From assembly GCA_036172245.1 (NCBI GenBank), contig JAYWIR010000029.1, forward strand, positions 558,001 through 622,000: DNA of 64,000 nt. The letters are read 5' to 3'. The notes under the pieces were generated by a model. It made no database searches, was not told the origin of the DNA, and saw nothing but the letters and a program-made list of their open reading frames with translations. The position numbers and the translations under genes were made by a program. Below are positions 51,001-64,000 of the stretch, piece by piece. Within the stretch, counting starts at the first letter, position 1. Each line of letters begins with the position of its first letter. Source of the DNA: Raillietiella orientalis. Lineage: Eukaryota.

Positions 51001-54000
51001 TCAGTTCCCCTTCTTTTCCACCCACTCCTGCACTTCGCGGTACTCACAGCGTGTCGAAACCGACGATGGACGGCACCGGGCTCAAGAAGAGCAGCGAGAA
51101 CGAGCTGACGCAAAGGCCGAACAGCACCATTGTCCGCGGCATGTGGATCCTGTCCGCAATCCACCCGAAGACGACGCATCCCAGGGCGTAGGCGATGGAG
51201 TACAGGAAGAACACGAGGTTCACTTGGTGCGAGGTGGCGTTGAGCTGGTCGGACGACAGCGCGCGTGGCCAGGAGGCACCCCGGGGGAGGAGGAGGCCTA
51301 CCGAGAAGAGGTACGGCTCCAGGATGGGCTGGAGGTAGGCGTAGGAGATGGAGAGGATCAGGATGATGAACGAGAGCACCCAGCTGAACATAGACTTGAA
51401 GAACAGCCTGTAGTGGAACGGCCTCAGGTGCTGGTACTTTTCTGCTAGAAACGACGTCACGCTTTTTCGGTCCCCCTTTCGCCGCTCCGCGATCGGCAAA
51501 GAGCAGCCGCTGGCCCCCGACCCTTCCGACCCCCACCCACCAGGTGAGGCGAACACCCGGACGACATGGCGCGACGGATGCGAGGTCATCGGTCACCTCG
51601 CGGAGTCGCGCTCCCAGGGGGGACTGAAACCTTGAAGTCTGCCTGGCGGTCGCCGCTCGGACCCCGAGGGTCTTTCCTCGCCCCCGATTCGTTCCCTGCC
51701 CCGCTCCGCAGCGCAGCCTTTCGCGAACGGAAGACGCGGATGCGCACAGCAAGCAATCAACGATGGCTCTCGGCCGCACTCCTCCCCCCCTCGATCTGCA
51801 GAAGATGGTCTTTCCGTTCTGGAGAGCAGGGAAAATCGGAATGATTTTTTCGGCTTGCTCGTTTGCTAGAAAAACCATTGGCGGCGGGAAAACGCCCTGA
51901 CCAGACGAAAGATCAAAAGGATCTCCTTCCTCGCATCTGGAGAGGCGGGCAAGAGTGTGTTATTTCGCCGAAAATTTGAGGCGACCTCAGTATCTTGCTG
52001 CCATGACTAGGCGAAGGATCGATATCCTACCGTTGACGTTGGCTCAGGTTTTGGCCAAGACCACGGACTCCATCCTTCCTGCAGATGAGAGCAGGCAGAA
52101 TCGCCAGCAAGAAGATGCGAAAACAGCGACTGGTGACGTTAGCGATGCAGTGCCGAACGGAAAGGAGGCAACTGCCTTGATAGGTCGGCGGCGACCGAGC
52201 AAGCCGCTGCCCCCAGGCGAGAAAGGTCGCGTGTTTGCCTCAGAGCGAGCGCCATGCGCCTCGTCCCTTGCCTGACTGCCTGCAGGTGCACAGGCAGCTC
52301 GTCGTTCCTCATTCCGTCCCGGCTCCTCTCCCCTCCGGGCGACCCTCGAATCTGTGCTCTGCAGGCGAACCACCTTGGCTGGTTCCGCAGGTCGAGGGTC
52401 AGTCCTTTTCCGCGATTTCGATTGGTCGCATCGTACGAAAGCAGGCAGTCGGATGAACTCCCTCTCCGACGGGTTCAGATTCCCTCCTTCTCCCCCTCCT
52501 CCTCACTTTTCTCCGCCTCGCTGCCGTGGACGTACGTGCGCTCGCGCACTCATTTGCATGGCTTTCACTCCGGGAGAAGTCGTCACGCCGCCGCCGACGG
52601 TGCACCGTTCGAGCCGGTGGGACGCACGAGGGAATCAGCGGAAAGGAACCCGCTTGATTCGGCGGGGCACTCGCAGCCTCCCCCAGGCAAGGAGAGCGAA
52701 GCGCCAGCGGCACCCAGTTCTGGGTAAGGGCGAGGTTGTCTTCCCGAGAATCGGGCAGGCCGGCCGGCCGCCCACCTCGGGAAGAACGTGAGATCCATGG
52801 GAGATGCCCCGCCACCTGGGAGGAGCCGTTCCTTCCCTTTCCCCCCGTTCCGCGAGGAGTCCTCACCGGCGCCGTTTCCCCGGAGATGCACCTCTGCAGT
52901 GCACGACGGCTCGCCGCCGGCGAGCCCAAGAGTGCGCAAGGGCGGCATTTTCTCGCGGCAGAAGGGTGTGGAGGGGGATCGGGATCGGTCCAGCCGAGTG
53001 TCGCGTGCACGGGGCAGCGCTACCAGAGGCTGGAGAGTGCGTGACGCATCTGCCACACGCCCCGGGAAGGCAGATCTTCGGAAACTGAAGGCGAGGAAGA
53101 GGGAGAGGAGGGGTGTGTGTGTGACGCCGCCTCCGCCTCGTGCATTCCAGCGTCACACTTCTCATCGACGACTGGGGAAGTGCCCTCCGCCATCGAGTTC
53201 CGTGGTCCTCCTGCTCCGAGACCGAAACCCTCCCGGGACGGCTCCTTTCTTGCACACACACGTGGAGGCCCGTGAAGACGAGCGATTCCGCCCGCGAGTC
53301 AGCCGACCGCTTCCCTCTTTTCCTCCCCTTCGGTAGGAGTCCCTCCACTCCGCTGTTTCCTCACCGATCTTTTGGCAGGGGTCCGAGGGAAAGGGTCGCG
53401 CAAGTTCTGCGTCCCCATTGCGGCTTCTGGCAGACGAGCAGTCCGAGTTTTCTAGGGAACTGGAGCAGGAAGTGAAGGGATCCTCGGTGGCAGCGGACGG
53501 GGAAGCCAAGTTATCTCCTCCTTCTCCTCCCCTTTTGCCGTCTCCGCAAAGGTTCAGCGAGGACCCCCCTGGGTCGCAAGGGTTAGCGACACGAGCACAT
53601 GAGCTTCGAGATCAAGAAATGAAAGGAGGAAAACGAAGAAACCGACGACTCCCAGTCTCACCCTAGCCTCCACCCCACCCCTTCGCCTTTCCACCCCTGT
53701 TTCTCTTTCTCTACCCTAGCCACCGCCGCTATGTGGCCACGACCCCAATCCTCTGAATTGCTGTGTGTGGACGTTCGACCACGACGGCGACGGCGGCCGT
53801 TGTCGGATGCTTCCTCCGATCCCGCGCACCGAGAAGTAGGCACTGCTGAACGGGATCAGAAGGGGGTGTCATCAGAGAAGGGGATCACCTGAACTGGGTG
53901 CGCTGACCCTCCTCAGATATGAAGTTTTGTTTCCCTGATAACGTAGCCGTCCGATTACCTTCTGATCTTCCGGGAAGCCATTATCGTTTCCCGGAGACGA

Positions 54001-57000
54001 CCACGCCCCCTTCGGAGCTTCCACTGAGACGGGAGGCAGGGTTCGCGTTCGTAGGAGGCGTGGGAGGTACCGAGGACTCTCATCGGCAAGAGCCTCCTTG
54101 TTCGCAGGAGGCGGAACTCTTCCGCAACACTTCCGGTGTCGCTCTTCCCAGCTCTTCCGCTCCGTCTGCGCATCCGCCGAGCTGGGGCCGTTTATGGCGC
54201 GATCTCCGCTCGCCACCTGTTGACATCACGAGCTGCTGATATCGAAAAAGGTCCCTTCTTCTTCCTGACTTCTTCCTGCTTAGCAGATAACAAGATCCGG
54301 TCCATCTGGCCGGCGGGGTGGACACCAATGCAACGATGGCGGTCGTTTGGAAAGATCAGGTCTTGCGTTCCCGGACCTGATTGCCCAATGATTGCTCCCA
54401 ATCCAGGGGACATGACCGGAGCCTCTGAGCCTGGAGGAATTGAGCAACCTCCCATCTTTAGGAGAGGATTGCTCGGTTTCCCCGAGTGCCGGCTTGAAGT
54501 CCCCTGGACAATCTCTGCAAGAAGGGGAGATCCCGAGACGCGCTCCCTCTATCCACTTCCATAATTCGGATGCCACCTGCGCGCTCTGCCACTGAGGCAG
54601 ATCTCCCTTGCCGCCACCATCACTGGTCCACAATTCCAGACAGAAGGATCCCCGTGTCCACAAATCGCAGAATAGTAGATTCTTTCCGGAGGCACGGCGG
54701 CAGAACTGCTGCTGCCACCTTTCTTCCTCCTTGCCCCAACTGGCACTTACACACACGCATCCCCAGGGAGAGAGAGAGAACCAAGGACAAAACAAACAAA
54801 CAAATACGAGGGGGAGGAGAATAACCCGGTCGGTAGGCAGAAGAATGACATTGTGCTTTGCAAGCGCCAGGTCCGCGCATCCCAGCACGCACAGAAGCTG
54901 AGTAATCCGAGTCCCCGTGCTGGGGTGCCGATATGGAGAGGATGATTGCAGAAGCCGACAAGGTGGCTCGTGCCCAAAAGGTTTCGTTCCTTGGTCCAGT
55001 CTTCATTCTTCCCAACCCCTACCTACGGAATTTTTCTCGCAATCGTCGCGATGATCCCGCTAGCCTGGGAGATTTTTCACCCCCCCCTCCTACATCTCCC
55101 CTGCTCTACACATCACTCTGGAAACGCATGGTGATCGACGTCGGATCAATGGTGTGTTTTGATGACGTGGAAACCAAAGTTCCGGCAGCCAAAAATTCCG
55201 GTTCCCCCCCTCTCTGCTTGCCGAGAGTACTTTTTGAAAGCACGCGGGGAGCATTTTCCATCGCTTGTCCCCGGCTTGAACAGGATGTGGGTGTGAGCGC
55301 CACGGTGTTCCATCATCCAGGGCTCGCGGAGAGTTTCCACGCTTCTCGCAACGAACAGCCTTCCAGTACCGGTCGCATGATTCTTCTTGTGTGATCCCAT
55401 GGGACGCGTCCCTCTGAGAGAGTTCGCCTTGCGCTTGGAAACGGAGGCGTGACTCACCGGCCGACAGCGCCGAGACCTCGGCTCCAACGCGACTTTGATT
55501 TTCTTTTGAATCTTCGTGCTCCGCGTGCTTTCCGGACCACATGCTCCTATGCTGCGCTTCTATGTACGTCACCTGGGCATGTGACTCTTCCTTTCCCTTC
55601 TGGATCCGCATCGCTTCTTGGTGATTCTTGATGTTTCCATTTTTCATCGCACAGGGATTTGCTACGGTGCCGAATTATCCGATTGGCTCTCTCCGATTCG
55701 GCGACCGATTTTCTTCTTGGGGACACAATAAGAACGATCGGATGCTACAGAAACGCACTTGGGAGGTGCCGAGAATTTCCTCCGTCCAATGGATATTCTT
55801 GAGCACCCGGGTAACATTAACGGAATGGAATGCGCGTGCGCAAGAGAGGAAGGCTCTTCAAAGAGCTCGGTGGGCATCAAGGCGAAGACTCCATTTCCCT
55901 TTGCCATCATCCGACCGGGAGGGTCACGCAAGGTCTTCCTTTGAGCCTGTTGGCAGCGTAGATTCCGAGACGAAGCGTCAACAGGTGCGTCGCAACTCCG
56001 ATTTTACGCTCAAAGGGGTAATGGAGTCGGGCGCCGGGATGCCCTACTCCGTTGCCCTTCAGTACTTAAACCGAAATCACTTCATGCGCGGATCCTGCAT
56101 TTCCAGATATTTCTTTTTCATCTCTAGGGACAAACATCTTTTCATCCCACCCACCCCTCCTCAGCGTTTTCTATCGTCTAACGTTATGCAGGAGGATCTT
56201 CCGCTTTCCGGCACGAAGAAGAAAACGTGCAAGAATCCCGGAAGCGAGCAACGAAGGCAGGTCCTTCTCAGAGCTCCGACGTACGGAGACTCTCGCTGCC
56301 AAGTTTGTTGCAGTACGGGGGCACAAAATTGGGATGACAAGTTGTCAAAGGCATGCATCCATTCGCGTGCTCGGGAAAAGAGCGCAACGGAAACATTTGC
56401 GAGAACAGCCGGGAATCCGGATCAGCTGCAGCAAAGACGACACAAATATGGTTTACCTGTTTGCGTTTTTAGGGTCAGATGTGCAAACAAAGCGTAAAGA
56501 ATATAAAGCGTTCCCATGACTGCGAATGGTAACTGGAATCCTCCAAACTACAAATTCAACTTCGCTTACAATCTGAAAACTCTTTTACCAAATATAAACT
56601 TCCTCCCAGCACGGGTCCAAGAGCGGCTCCAAATTCAGACCACATCTCTATGGCGCCCTGGAAAGATCACAGGAAGGGGTGATGAAGCAGGTTGCCTTCT
56701 TTCACAGCAGGCTCGCCATTCAGCCATCTCTCAAAAGAGGGAACAGCTCGCCGCTGTCACCTCGCTGCGCTGAAGAAGTGTGCGTCGTCGTCTTCCGGGC
56801 AGCCATTTCAGTTCCGTCAGCTGGCAGTTCTTTCGTGTATTCTTCTTCCAAGAGAAGTTGGAAACTCGACGCGAGCTTCCGCACATGCCGCCATCTTGCC
56901 ACCGAGGCCGAAAGCCCCCTTTGTCCTCCCTGCGTTCAAACGAGGACGAGTGCGTGGTCGCTTTGATGGACGACCAGGGACCAGGGACTTCCTTTCTCCC

Positions 57001-60000
57001 CATTCGCAAGTTCAGATGCGCGCGCCAAGAAGTGTTCCACCCAGGCAAGAAGAAATGAGAGCACGGAATTGTGCAACGCACGCAAGCGAAACCCAAGAGG
57101 CGATCATCCTGCCAGCGCCGAACCATCAAGGCTGCTCGCACAAGAGCGCGCAAGCGAATTCGCTGGAAGCGGGAGCGATGGCGCATGACGCAACCGTAGC
57201 AACAACCTGCCGTGTCTGTCATGGTTTCCCCCGCAATGAGGCAGTCAAACAGCCGTCAGCGGCGCGCTGCTACTTCCCGATCTCCTTTCTCCCTTCATAA
57301 ACACACCGGAGTCGTAAACACATTTAGTAAGGCGTTCTTGTTTGTAGCGTTTGGGCGCGAAAGCAGAGAACAACGGCATCCTCGAGATGCGTTCTTCATC
57401 TGTTCGACGGTTTTCGGGGACGGGAAATGGAAGGTCTCAGTGAAAACACGGCTCGATGGTGCTTTCCACGCCTTACGTGCCGAATGTATACGAACGATGA
57501 AAATCTGTTGCGTTCACTGTACTCGAATACGTGTGTGCGTGCGTGCGCGCGCGCGCGAGCTCCCCAATGCTCATTATGTTCCCATTGGACGTCCAAGATA
57601 AAAGGGGGGTGGGGAGGGGAGAATGAAGAAAAAACTTCCTCGGTTTGCTTCCTTGTCGACGCAAGGGGAAACTCTTGCAGAATTTCTTAGACGCGCCAGC
57701 TTTGGAAAGCGTTATCGAAATCACTTGTCGTCCAAAGCTGAAACTGTCCTCTTGCATCACCGGAGCGCTGGTACTGACGAGAAAGCTGATGGTGTTCCCT
57801 TGATCTCCCTTAGCCATACTGAATAAGAGAGTCGTCAAGGCAATCCCACGGCAAGTCGATGCCTTTCGACTGCCCAGCAACAGGTTTTTCGAGCGAATGC
57901 TGTTGCTCATCTCGCACGCAGCCTTCTCCTCTGCCGCTCCAAACCGAATTCGCAGCCCTGACTTGAATGCGAAAATTCCGGAATTTGATTGCAGCTCTTG
58001 GAATCCCACGGGCAAATCGTAGGGAAACACCGTGAGGATGTGGAAGGAGCGATCGACATTTTCCTGCGGTCCAGCCAGGGCTCGTTATGGAACAGTGGAT
58101 CGGATTCTTTTTTTGCTGGATTTTGCGTTCCTTCGAGGGACCCTCGTGGCCAGACGGCCTCTGCCCGTGTCTCCAGCATGATCCTTTCTGCTACGTCTCG
58201 TTTCAAGTCTTCTGAAACTTTCTCAGTCTTCTCAAAACACCAGGATCGCACGGGTGGTGGGTGATTTTGGTGATATCGAAGGCAACGAACCTCCGGGCTG
58301 AAGATTGCCTCATCCAAGTTAAAGGCGTTCCTCTGCGGAGTTGGATCAGCGTTCAAAGTCAAGAAGCGGGGAGGAGGAGCTACAGATGGTGTCTCCGGGC
58401 CAAGGCGATTGGGTGGACCGAAGAAGGCCGTGCTTCCATTGGCGCTGAAGCCGAAGCCCCGCTTTCCTTTGGTCCCTGCGTCCTTTTCTCCAATGGTTTT
58501 GCTTATTGGGAACAACTGGTTAAAAAAATGCTCCCGCCTGTCCAGAGGAGCTTGGGCTCCTATGTCCGCCCGGAGGGTCTGCCCCGCGCTCAAGGGACAT
58601 GGCTGGCTGCAGGTCGGCAGCAACGCCTCGTCGCTCGTCCCGCTCGGCATAGGGCAGCTGAGGTCTTCTTCCCCGACTCGCGGTACATGCAGCCGTCTGG
58701 GCAGAAATGCCTGGAAAACGCCGCTTCCTTCGACGATGGCGCTAGACCGTGGCGCTCCTCCCCGCCCACTTCTGATCCCGGCGATGTCGCTTCAGCGCCA
58801 CCCAGGATTAGAAGCCGCTCTGTTCTGATCCCGCGGTGTCGTTCTGGCAGCTTATAGGGAAGTCTTCTGCTTGCTCCAGGTCTAGCAAGCTTCCGTGTGC
58901 TGTGCCCCATCTCCTGGATCACATGCACTCTTCGGATCGGATGAAAGTCCGTTTCTTCGTCATTGATCTCACCGAGCACGCCGCGGTGCTCAACCCGGTC
59001 CTTTGAACCGCAACTTCTGACGCACTCTGTGATCCAAAGAACGCAGCCCGCTCAGCGCTTTCTGTTCCCATCTCTCGCGGTGCAGACGCCAACCCTCTCA
59101 CGGTGTTTGAACGCTCTCCTGAGGAAAGCGTGAAACGGACGAAGATGGTTTTACGGGAAACGCCTTGGGGAAAACTCGAGCAAGATCTTTTTTGGCTTCG
59201 GGTTTTTTTTTTTTTTTTTTGCCGTCATGTGCCCGCCAAACGCATCAAACAGCAAAAGCAGGGGAACTCTTTCCTAGAGGGGAACGGTAGGGAGCTGTTG
59301 CGAAACTCTCTTGCTTATTCACAGTCACAAGCAATGCCTTGGGTTTCTCACCAGAATGATGACAAGATGGTCGGGGAACTCTCCGGAGAGGAGAACGAAG
59401 ATTGCGACGTTGACAAGCGACGAACCGAAAGCGTTGGCCACTCTTATAAGGAGCGCCAGCGCAGCAAATACGCGGGGATCGTTCGCCCTGGGGATGAACC
59501 TGGAAACCGTGAAAGAGACGTGCACAATGCTTCGTATTCGTTCACCCGAACAGCATGTTGGAGTAGCCCATCAGAACGCTCCCGGTCAGTATGACGGATC
59601 TAGGTTTCATCCTCGGCATCACCTAGTAACCAATGCACATGGCACTCAATCCGTCCCCAATCTTTATTCGGAACCTTACGAATTTCCCGCACAGTGGCGT
59701 GGCGCATGCTTCTGTTAGTGCGAAGATGCCAAAGATGACGCCAGACGTGGTGGAGCTGATGCCTCTCTTCGTGGCCTGGAATGACATGGACAAAAGCGTG
59801 AGGTTGGCAGCCTGGCTTCTCGCGTGAGCGTTCTGTGAGCTCCTGTTCTCGGGAGACGTGGGAGCAGACCCAGGCATCTCTTCCATCGTCGAGCAGTTCG
59901 TTCTCCGATCGCAAGGGGATGAAGGGAGAATCACACCCGTCTGCTGAATGCCTTGGCGCATCGCTTGGACATGCTAACGGTCCAACACGCGCTTGCATCC

Positions 60001-62999
60001 CGCGCGGGGCGCACCCCCTCCCTACAGGGACGGTCGGCGCTGTTTCGCGGAGCGAAAGCCCACCCTACTTCCCGAGGAACGCGACGCTCACACCCGAGGG
60101 TGGGAGCCGGAAAGCAGTGACGACGGCAACTAGGTGGCACTCTCCCTGCAAGGGGAGCAGCAAAGGAGGAAGAGGAGGGAGATGAGGCGAGAGGTGATCC
60201 AGGAAAGCGGTGAGAGCTGGTTCCTTCGCAACTGCCGACATCCGCAGTGGCAGCAGTTCTCTTTCCCAGCGCGGATGGGCGAAAGGGAGCAACTCCTGCT
60301 CGAGGTTGCGGTTCCCGCCATCGTCTGGCGTGGAGTCGGAGCCAACTGGTGGCAGAAGACGCCGAAACGCAAAGCGTGCCGGCACACCATCCGCCGAGTA
60401 CTCGGGAACCATCGTTCTCCTGGCGGCTCTCACGAAGCTCTCCGACACTGTTCCACGCCGCCTGAGGGTGCGTTTTCTCTTCAAGTTATCCGGGGTGCCC
60501 CGGGAGGAGACCTCCCTATGAATCCAGGAAGGGCTCCGGAGGAAGGAGTTCGCTCCTCTCTCACGCCTGGAAGGGAGCCACCTCTCCCTTGTTCTCTCCG
60601 GAGGGACCCCCGGGAAGATCCGTTTTTTGTTGATGTTCCTTTGAAGAGAATCCCGAAGTATGCTTCCGAATTTTTTTTTCTGAAGTGTCACTCCGCGAAG
60701 GAAGCAGCGCTCTGGAGAGGTACCGATCCACCAACTCCATGACACGAGATGGAGATCATCCTCCCGCCCATCGAGGGGAAAGAGAATCCTGAATGGATCC
60801 TTGTTCTCCGTAAGGGACTCCGGAGGATCAGCTTCTAGCCCCAGCCACCCCATTGAGTGCAATCCACCAGTATGGCCACACCCGAAGCCTGCAGGCCAAC
60901 CAACGTGGTCCCGCGGTGGTGGTGGTGGGGGACTGGAGACCCACGACGCACCTCCCGTCGTCTGGGTCGATCCTCCGCGTGCAGCGGATTCGAATCCACG
61001 GCGTTCAGTGCCGGCCGCCAACGCGGGTGGTGACGTGAACAGGTTGCAGGGGGCTCCCTAAGCGCCGGAACTCCCGCTCTGAGCGCGCGAGCAGGGGCAG
61101 CCGGAAAACGCTTCCGTGCCTCCGCCCGCGGGCAGGTGGGGGATCATCGCGTGTTCCTGCAATGCAGCACCACCTTTCCCGCGATACGCCTCGTCGAGAC
61201 CACGCCCCCTCCGCCCCATTGCAGGATTGCACGCGCCGGCACAAATCTCGCGAGTCACCACGTGCTGATTAGCTTCCAGCAAACAGCGGACCCGGCAGAC
61301 ACACGGGAGCGAAAGAGCGCCGCCCTTGCCCTTGTCCTTGCGCCCTGTGCCTGGAGCCCAGTGGTTGCAAGAGAGCTTGGGCGGAGATGGCGAACCAACT
61401 GAACTCTCCTCCTCCTCCTTCGCTTTCTCCCTCTTTACGCATCTTTTTTGACGGCAGACTGCAAGGGCTGTCGGATGAATGCGGGATCGGCGAGAAGCTG
61501 CGCTCTGCACCGAAAAAGCAGTTCCCACTCTTGGGCCACCGAAGCCAGCGAGCGCGAGTCCGCAGCCAGTGACTGAGTTCGCCTCGGGATCTCCCGCTCC
61601 TGGAAGTCGCCCATTTCGTCCCCCGCCGAGCGAGCATCCCTCCGCGCGCCGTGGGGATAGCTCCCGTCTCCCGAGCAACACGGGCACGGAAGGAGAGCCT
61701 TTCCGGGGCTGGCAGAACGCTGGACGGAGGGGACTGGATGAGGGAAACGCTTGCTTCGTCGGAAGACTTTGGCAGTTGACGGTTGCCATGGGTCGCCTTC
61801 ACGTCTCGGGATCTGTCAAAGCTCGAGGAGGACGAGGAGGACTGGACCACCTTCTGCTCAGGGGACGTGTTCTCCTGTTGGCCGGTTGGACTGGGTCACC
61901 TGAGCACAGATGTGGTTCGCCTTCGAGGAAGGAGGGGCGGCGCAAGGGTGGAAACACAACGGGGAGCGAAGATTCCCCCTCCCCCACACACACACACTCC
62001 GGTGCAGGAGTAGAACGCAGGAAAACTCCACCCGCGACAGCGTCGCAACGGACGCACGGATCGACTCGTCTGGGCCAGCTGGTCATCAGCCAGCGAGGTC
62101 ATAGTCGAACCCCCAGGCTCCGAAACTGAGGCGAAAGCGAAGGCAATCTGGACAGTCTTTGGGCAGGCCGGGAAGAGGGAGTGGGGAATTTTTCCCAAAC
62201 AGGACGCCGAGCTCCGCTGCCTGCACGGACGCCCGAGGCGGACTCCCGACCGCCTCGAGCAGAAGGAGGATGGCGATCGCTCCTTCCCCGAGGTCTCCCG
62301 CGCGCTCCGGAGGACGGGAGTGGGCCGGCCCAGGAGGTTTCACGCGGAAAGGAACCCCAGGAAGGAGGCGAATGGGAAACGCAAAGAGATCGGGAAGCAG
62401 CCGGGAATCTCCCGAGCTGCGGTTGCCGTCGAGAAGTCGCGAACCGAGAAGTTTCGGGAAAACGAGGGGGCGGGCAGAAACGACGGCCAGAGGAAGGTCA
62501 GGGAGGGGGCATCGGAAGCGCGCGCGCTGAGGCGAAAGAGGGGATGCAGGAGAGACAGAGGGAAGGGGGCAGAGCAAGTGCGCGCTCCCTGATTCGACCC
62601 CAGTATCTGGCGCACCGGAGCGCTCAGCTGGCGCAAAAGGTGCGTCACGGGAACGCAGGCATGGCTTCTCGGAGCCGCTGTGGCGATCGTCCTCGAGGGA
62701 AAGTAGGGGTGAGGGACTGAAAATGCGAGCCAAGCCCTCTCCCCCATCCCTTCAAATGCGGATGCCGGATCTGCAGAGTAGTCGCAGTCGCTCGATCCTT
62801 TGGAGCTGAGAGCGGACGCGACCCGAGGTGAGCTCCATCCGAAACTCCCCTCTCTCCACTCCCTCCCCAGACTCACGATTTCCGGGAAGAAGGGGCCCAT
62901 GAGGGACCAGGAGATGCTCCCGAGGAACAGCGCCATCACTCCGTTGAGCACGATCCCGAATCGATGGCGCACGGCTTTGGGAAGGCACACGCTCTCCAT
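48039..62999 (-). CDS. SLC18B1: MFS transporter, SLC18B1 (vesicular polyamine transporter)-like, 12 exons, 432 aa
   Basis: Exons 62999-62877, 59775-59680, 59622-59546, 59499-59352, 56657-56589, 56547-56457, 51441-51302, 51244-51048, 50959-50861, 50811-50740, 48273-48180, 48131-48039 join in frame (1299 nt). Motifs SLMGPFFP, GVIFG, EFPD, LGPVLGGSLY/FGGFQLPF, QPILEP, GWIADR and LGPIFGGMLYD..GF. Exact orthology is not tested. Confidence 0.85.
57600..58350 (+). mobile_element. Decayed RTE-like RT in an MFS intron
   Basis: FASLSTQGETLAEFL (cf. ISLLSxxGKxLAxIL), ESRQGNP and AFRLP..FFE in RT order. Confidence 0.4.
60480..61030 (-). mobile_element. Second long-form copy of the tRNA-headed hairpin-array element, in MFS intron 1
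   Basis: The reverse complement has GGATTCGAATCC, GTTGGTTGGCC..TTCGGGTG, ATGGAGTTGGTG..ACCTCTCCAGAG and GGATCTTCCCGGGGGTCCCTCCGGAGA in the same order as 28256-28800. Confidence 0.7.
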
Positions 63000-64000
63000 C
63001 CTGGTGACTGCCGGTCCCCAGCGCTACGGGCTCCACATCTCGCCCGGCAAATGGTGTCACCTCCCTGACTGCCGGAACGCGAGGCGTCGCGCCGTCGGGA
63101 AGGCGGTGAGGAGAGGGAGGAGGGGGGGGGGGGTAGAAGGAGCTGGGAGAACCTCCTGCGCGAACGCACACTTCGACAGCAAACATCCCGCGCTGCCGCG
63201 CAAAGGGCAAACAGACGCGCGAGCGGGCAGCTGCGGGAAGAAAAAGGCACGCTCGCGTGCGCGTGCAGTCACGCTCCCTGTGAGCATTCCTGGAAGCGAT
63301 CTTCCGGGAGGCTGCCTCAGCCGAGCTCGCGGCACGGGAAGTGGCAAGTCTCCGCGGAGCAGGCAGGTGGGAATGCCGGTGCGGGTAGGCCGCAGGGGGG
63401 AGCGGAGGCGGGAGGAAGGCGCCCCGGGGTCGAACGCACCTGTCCGCGGGCCTCGGTGCGGTTTCCCACGAGCTCTGGTTCCGTGAAAGCGGGCCACCAG
63501 GCGGCGGACCTGGCGACGTCTTCCCTCGCTGTGCCCACCCTCCTCTTCGCAGCGCAGGGTGGGAAATGAGTCCCCCGGGACAAGTTGGAGCAGGGGTCGG
63601 GCTCGCACTTCAGGAGGAGACTCGAAGCTTCCCGGGACCCTCCTTCTTCCCAGCAAAGCGCGCTCCGTCGACGCCCCAAGATGGAGCTCCTCCCCCGCGC
63701 CTGCTCCCTCGGCGAAAGGTCCCTCGAGGGGAGAAGTCCTCCATCCTTCCTCCCCATCCTTCGTCCCCCCCCCCTCCCCGTTGCTAAAGAGCCCAGGAAA
63801 GACTCTCTAAGGGTCCTATGATGTCACTCGGATGTACCTCACATCCCGCCTGTGGCTCCTCGAACGGGTCGGAGGGAGACAACAGCAGGAAGGGCCCGCG
63901 TCTCCCGCTAGCCTCCCTCCGCATCCCCTCCCCTGAGCACCAGCAGCCTCCTCCCCAGGACTCCCTCGAGCCCACTGAGAAGACGCTCTGTGGCTAAGGA

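Noticed and set aside
41700..64000. Many overlapping 100-400 aa ORFs
   Set aside because: These are artefacts of high GC content: Arg/Pro/Gly-rich and without motifs, apart from the ATIC and MFS exons.

Overview
Eukaryotic (invertebrate animal-like) nuclear DNA with very short spliceosomal introns (many 41-50 nt). I reconstructed six intron-containing protein genes by hand: TTI2 (+), cytosolic asparaginyl-tRNA synthetase (+), exportin-4 (-), a secreted ZP-domain (cuticlin-like) protein (+), bifunctional purH/ATIC (+) and an SLC18B1-like MFS transporter (-). They sit among abundant decayed non-LTR retrotransposons (Utopia/NeSL-type RLE, L1/Tx1, RTE/CR1-like). The window shifts from an AT-rich, CpG-poor block (~7.5-31 kb) to a very GC/CpG-rich block (~41-64 kb), and most long ORFs in the GC-rich part are spurious. 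The main non-obvious signals are: (1) a Pol III-headed repeat family whose long form carries an internal array of UUCG-hairpin/palindrome units and ends next to a 34-nt U2 snRNA 5' fragment; (2) an intronic H/ACA snoRNA predicted to guide the 18S site equivalent to human Psi1347; (3) a tiny U12-type intron in XPO4; (4) two convergent genes with only 32 bp between their stop codons; (5) an intron-containing inverted partial copy of ATIC just downstream of ATIC. All family assignments come from motif recognition by eye; no searches were run.
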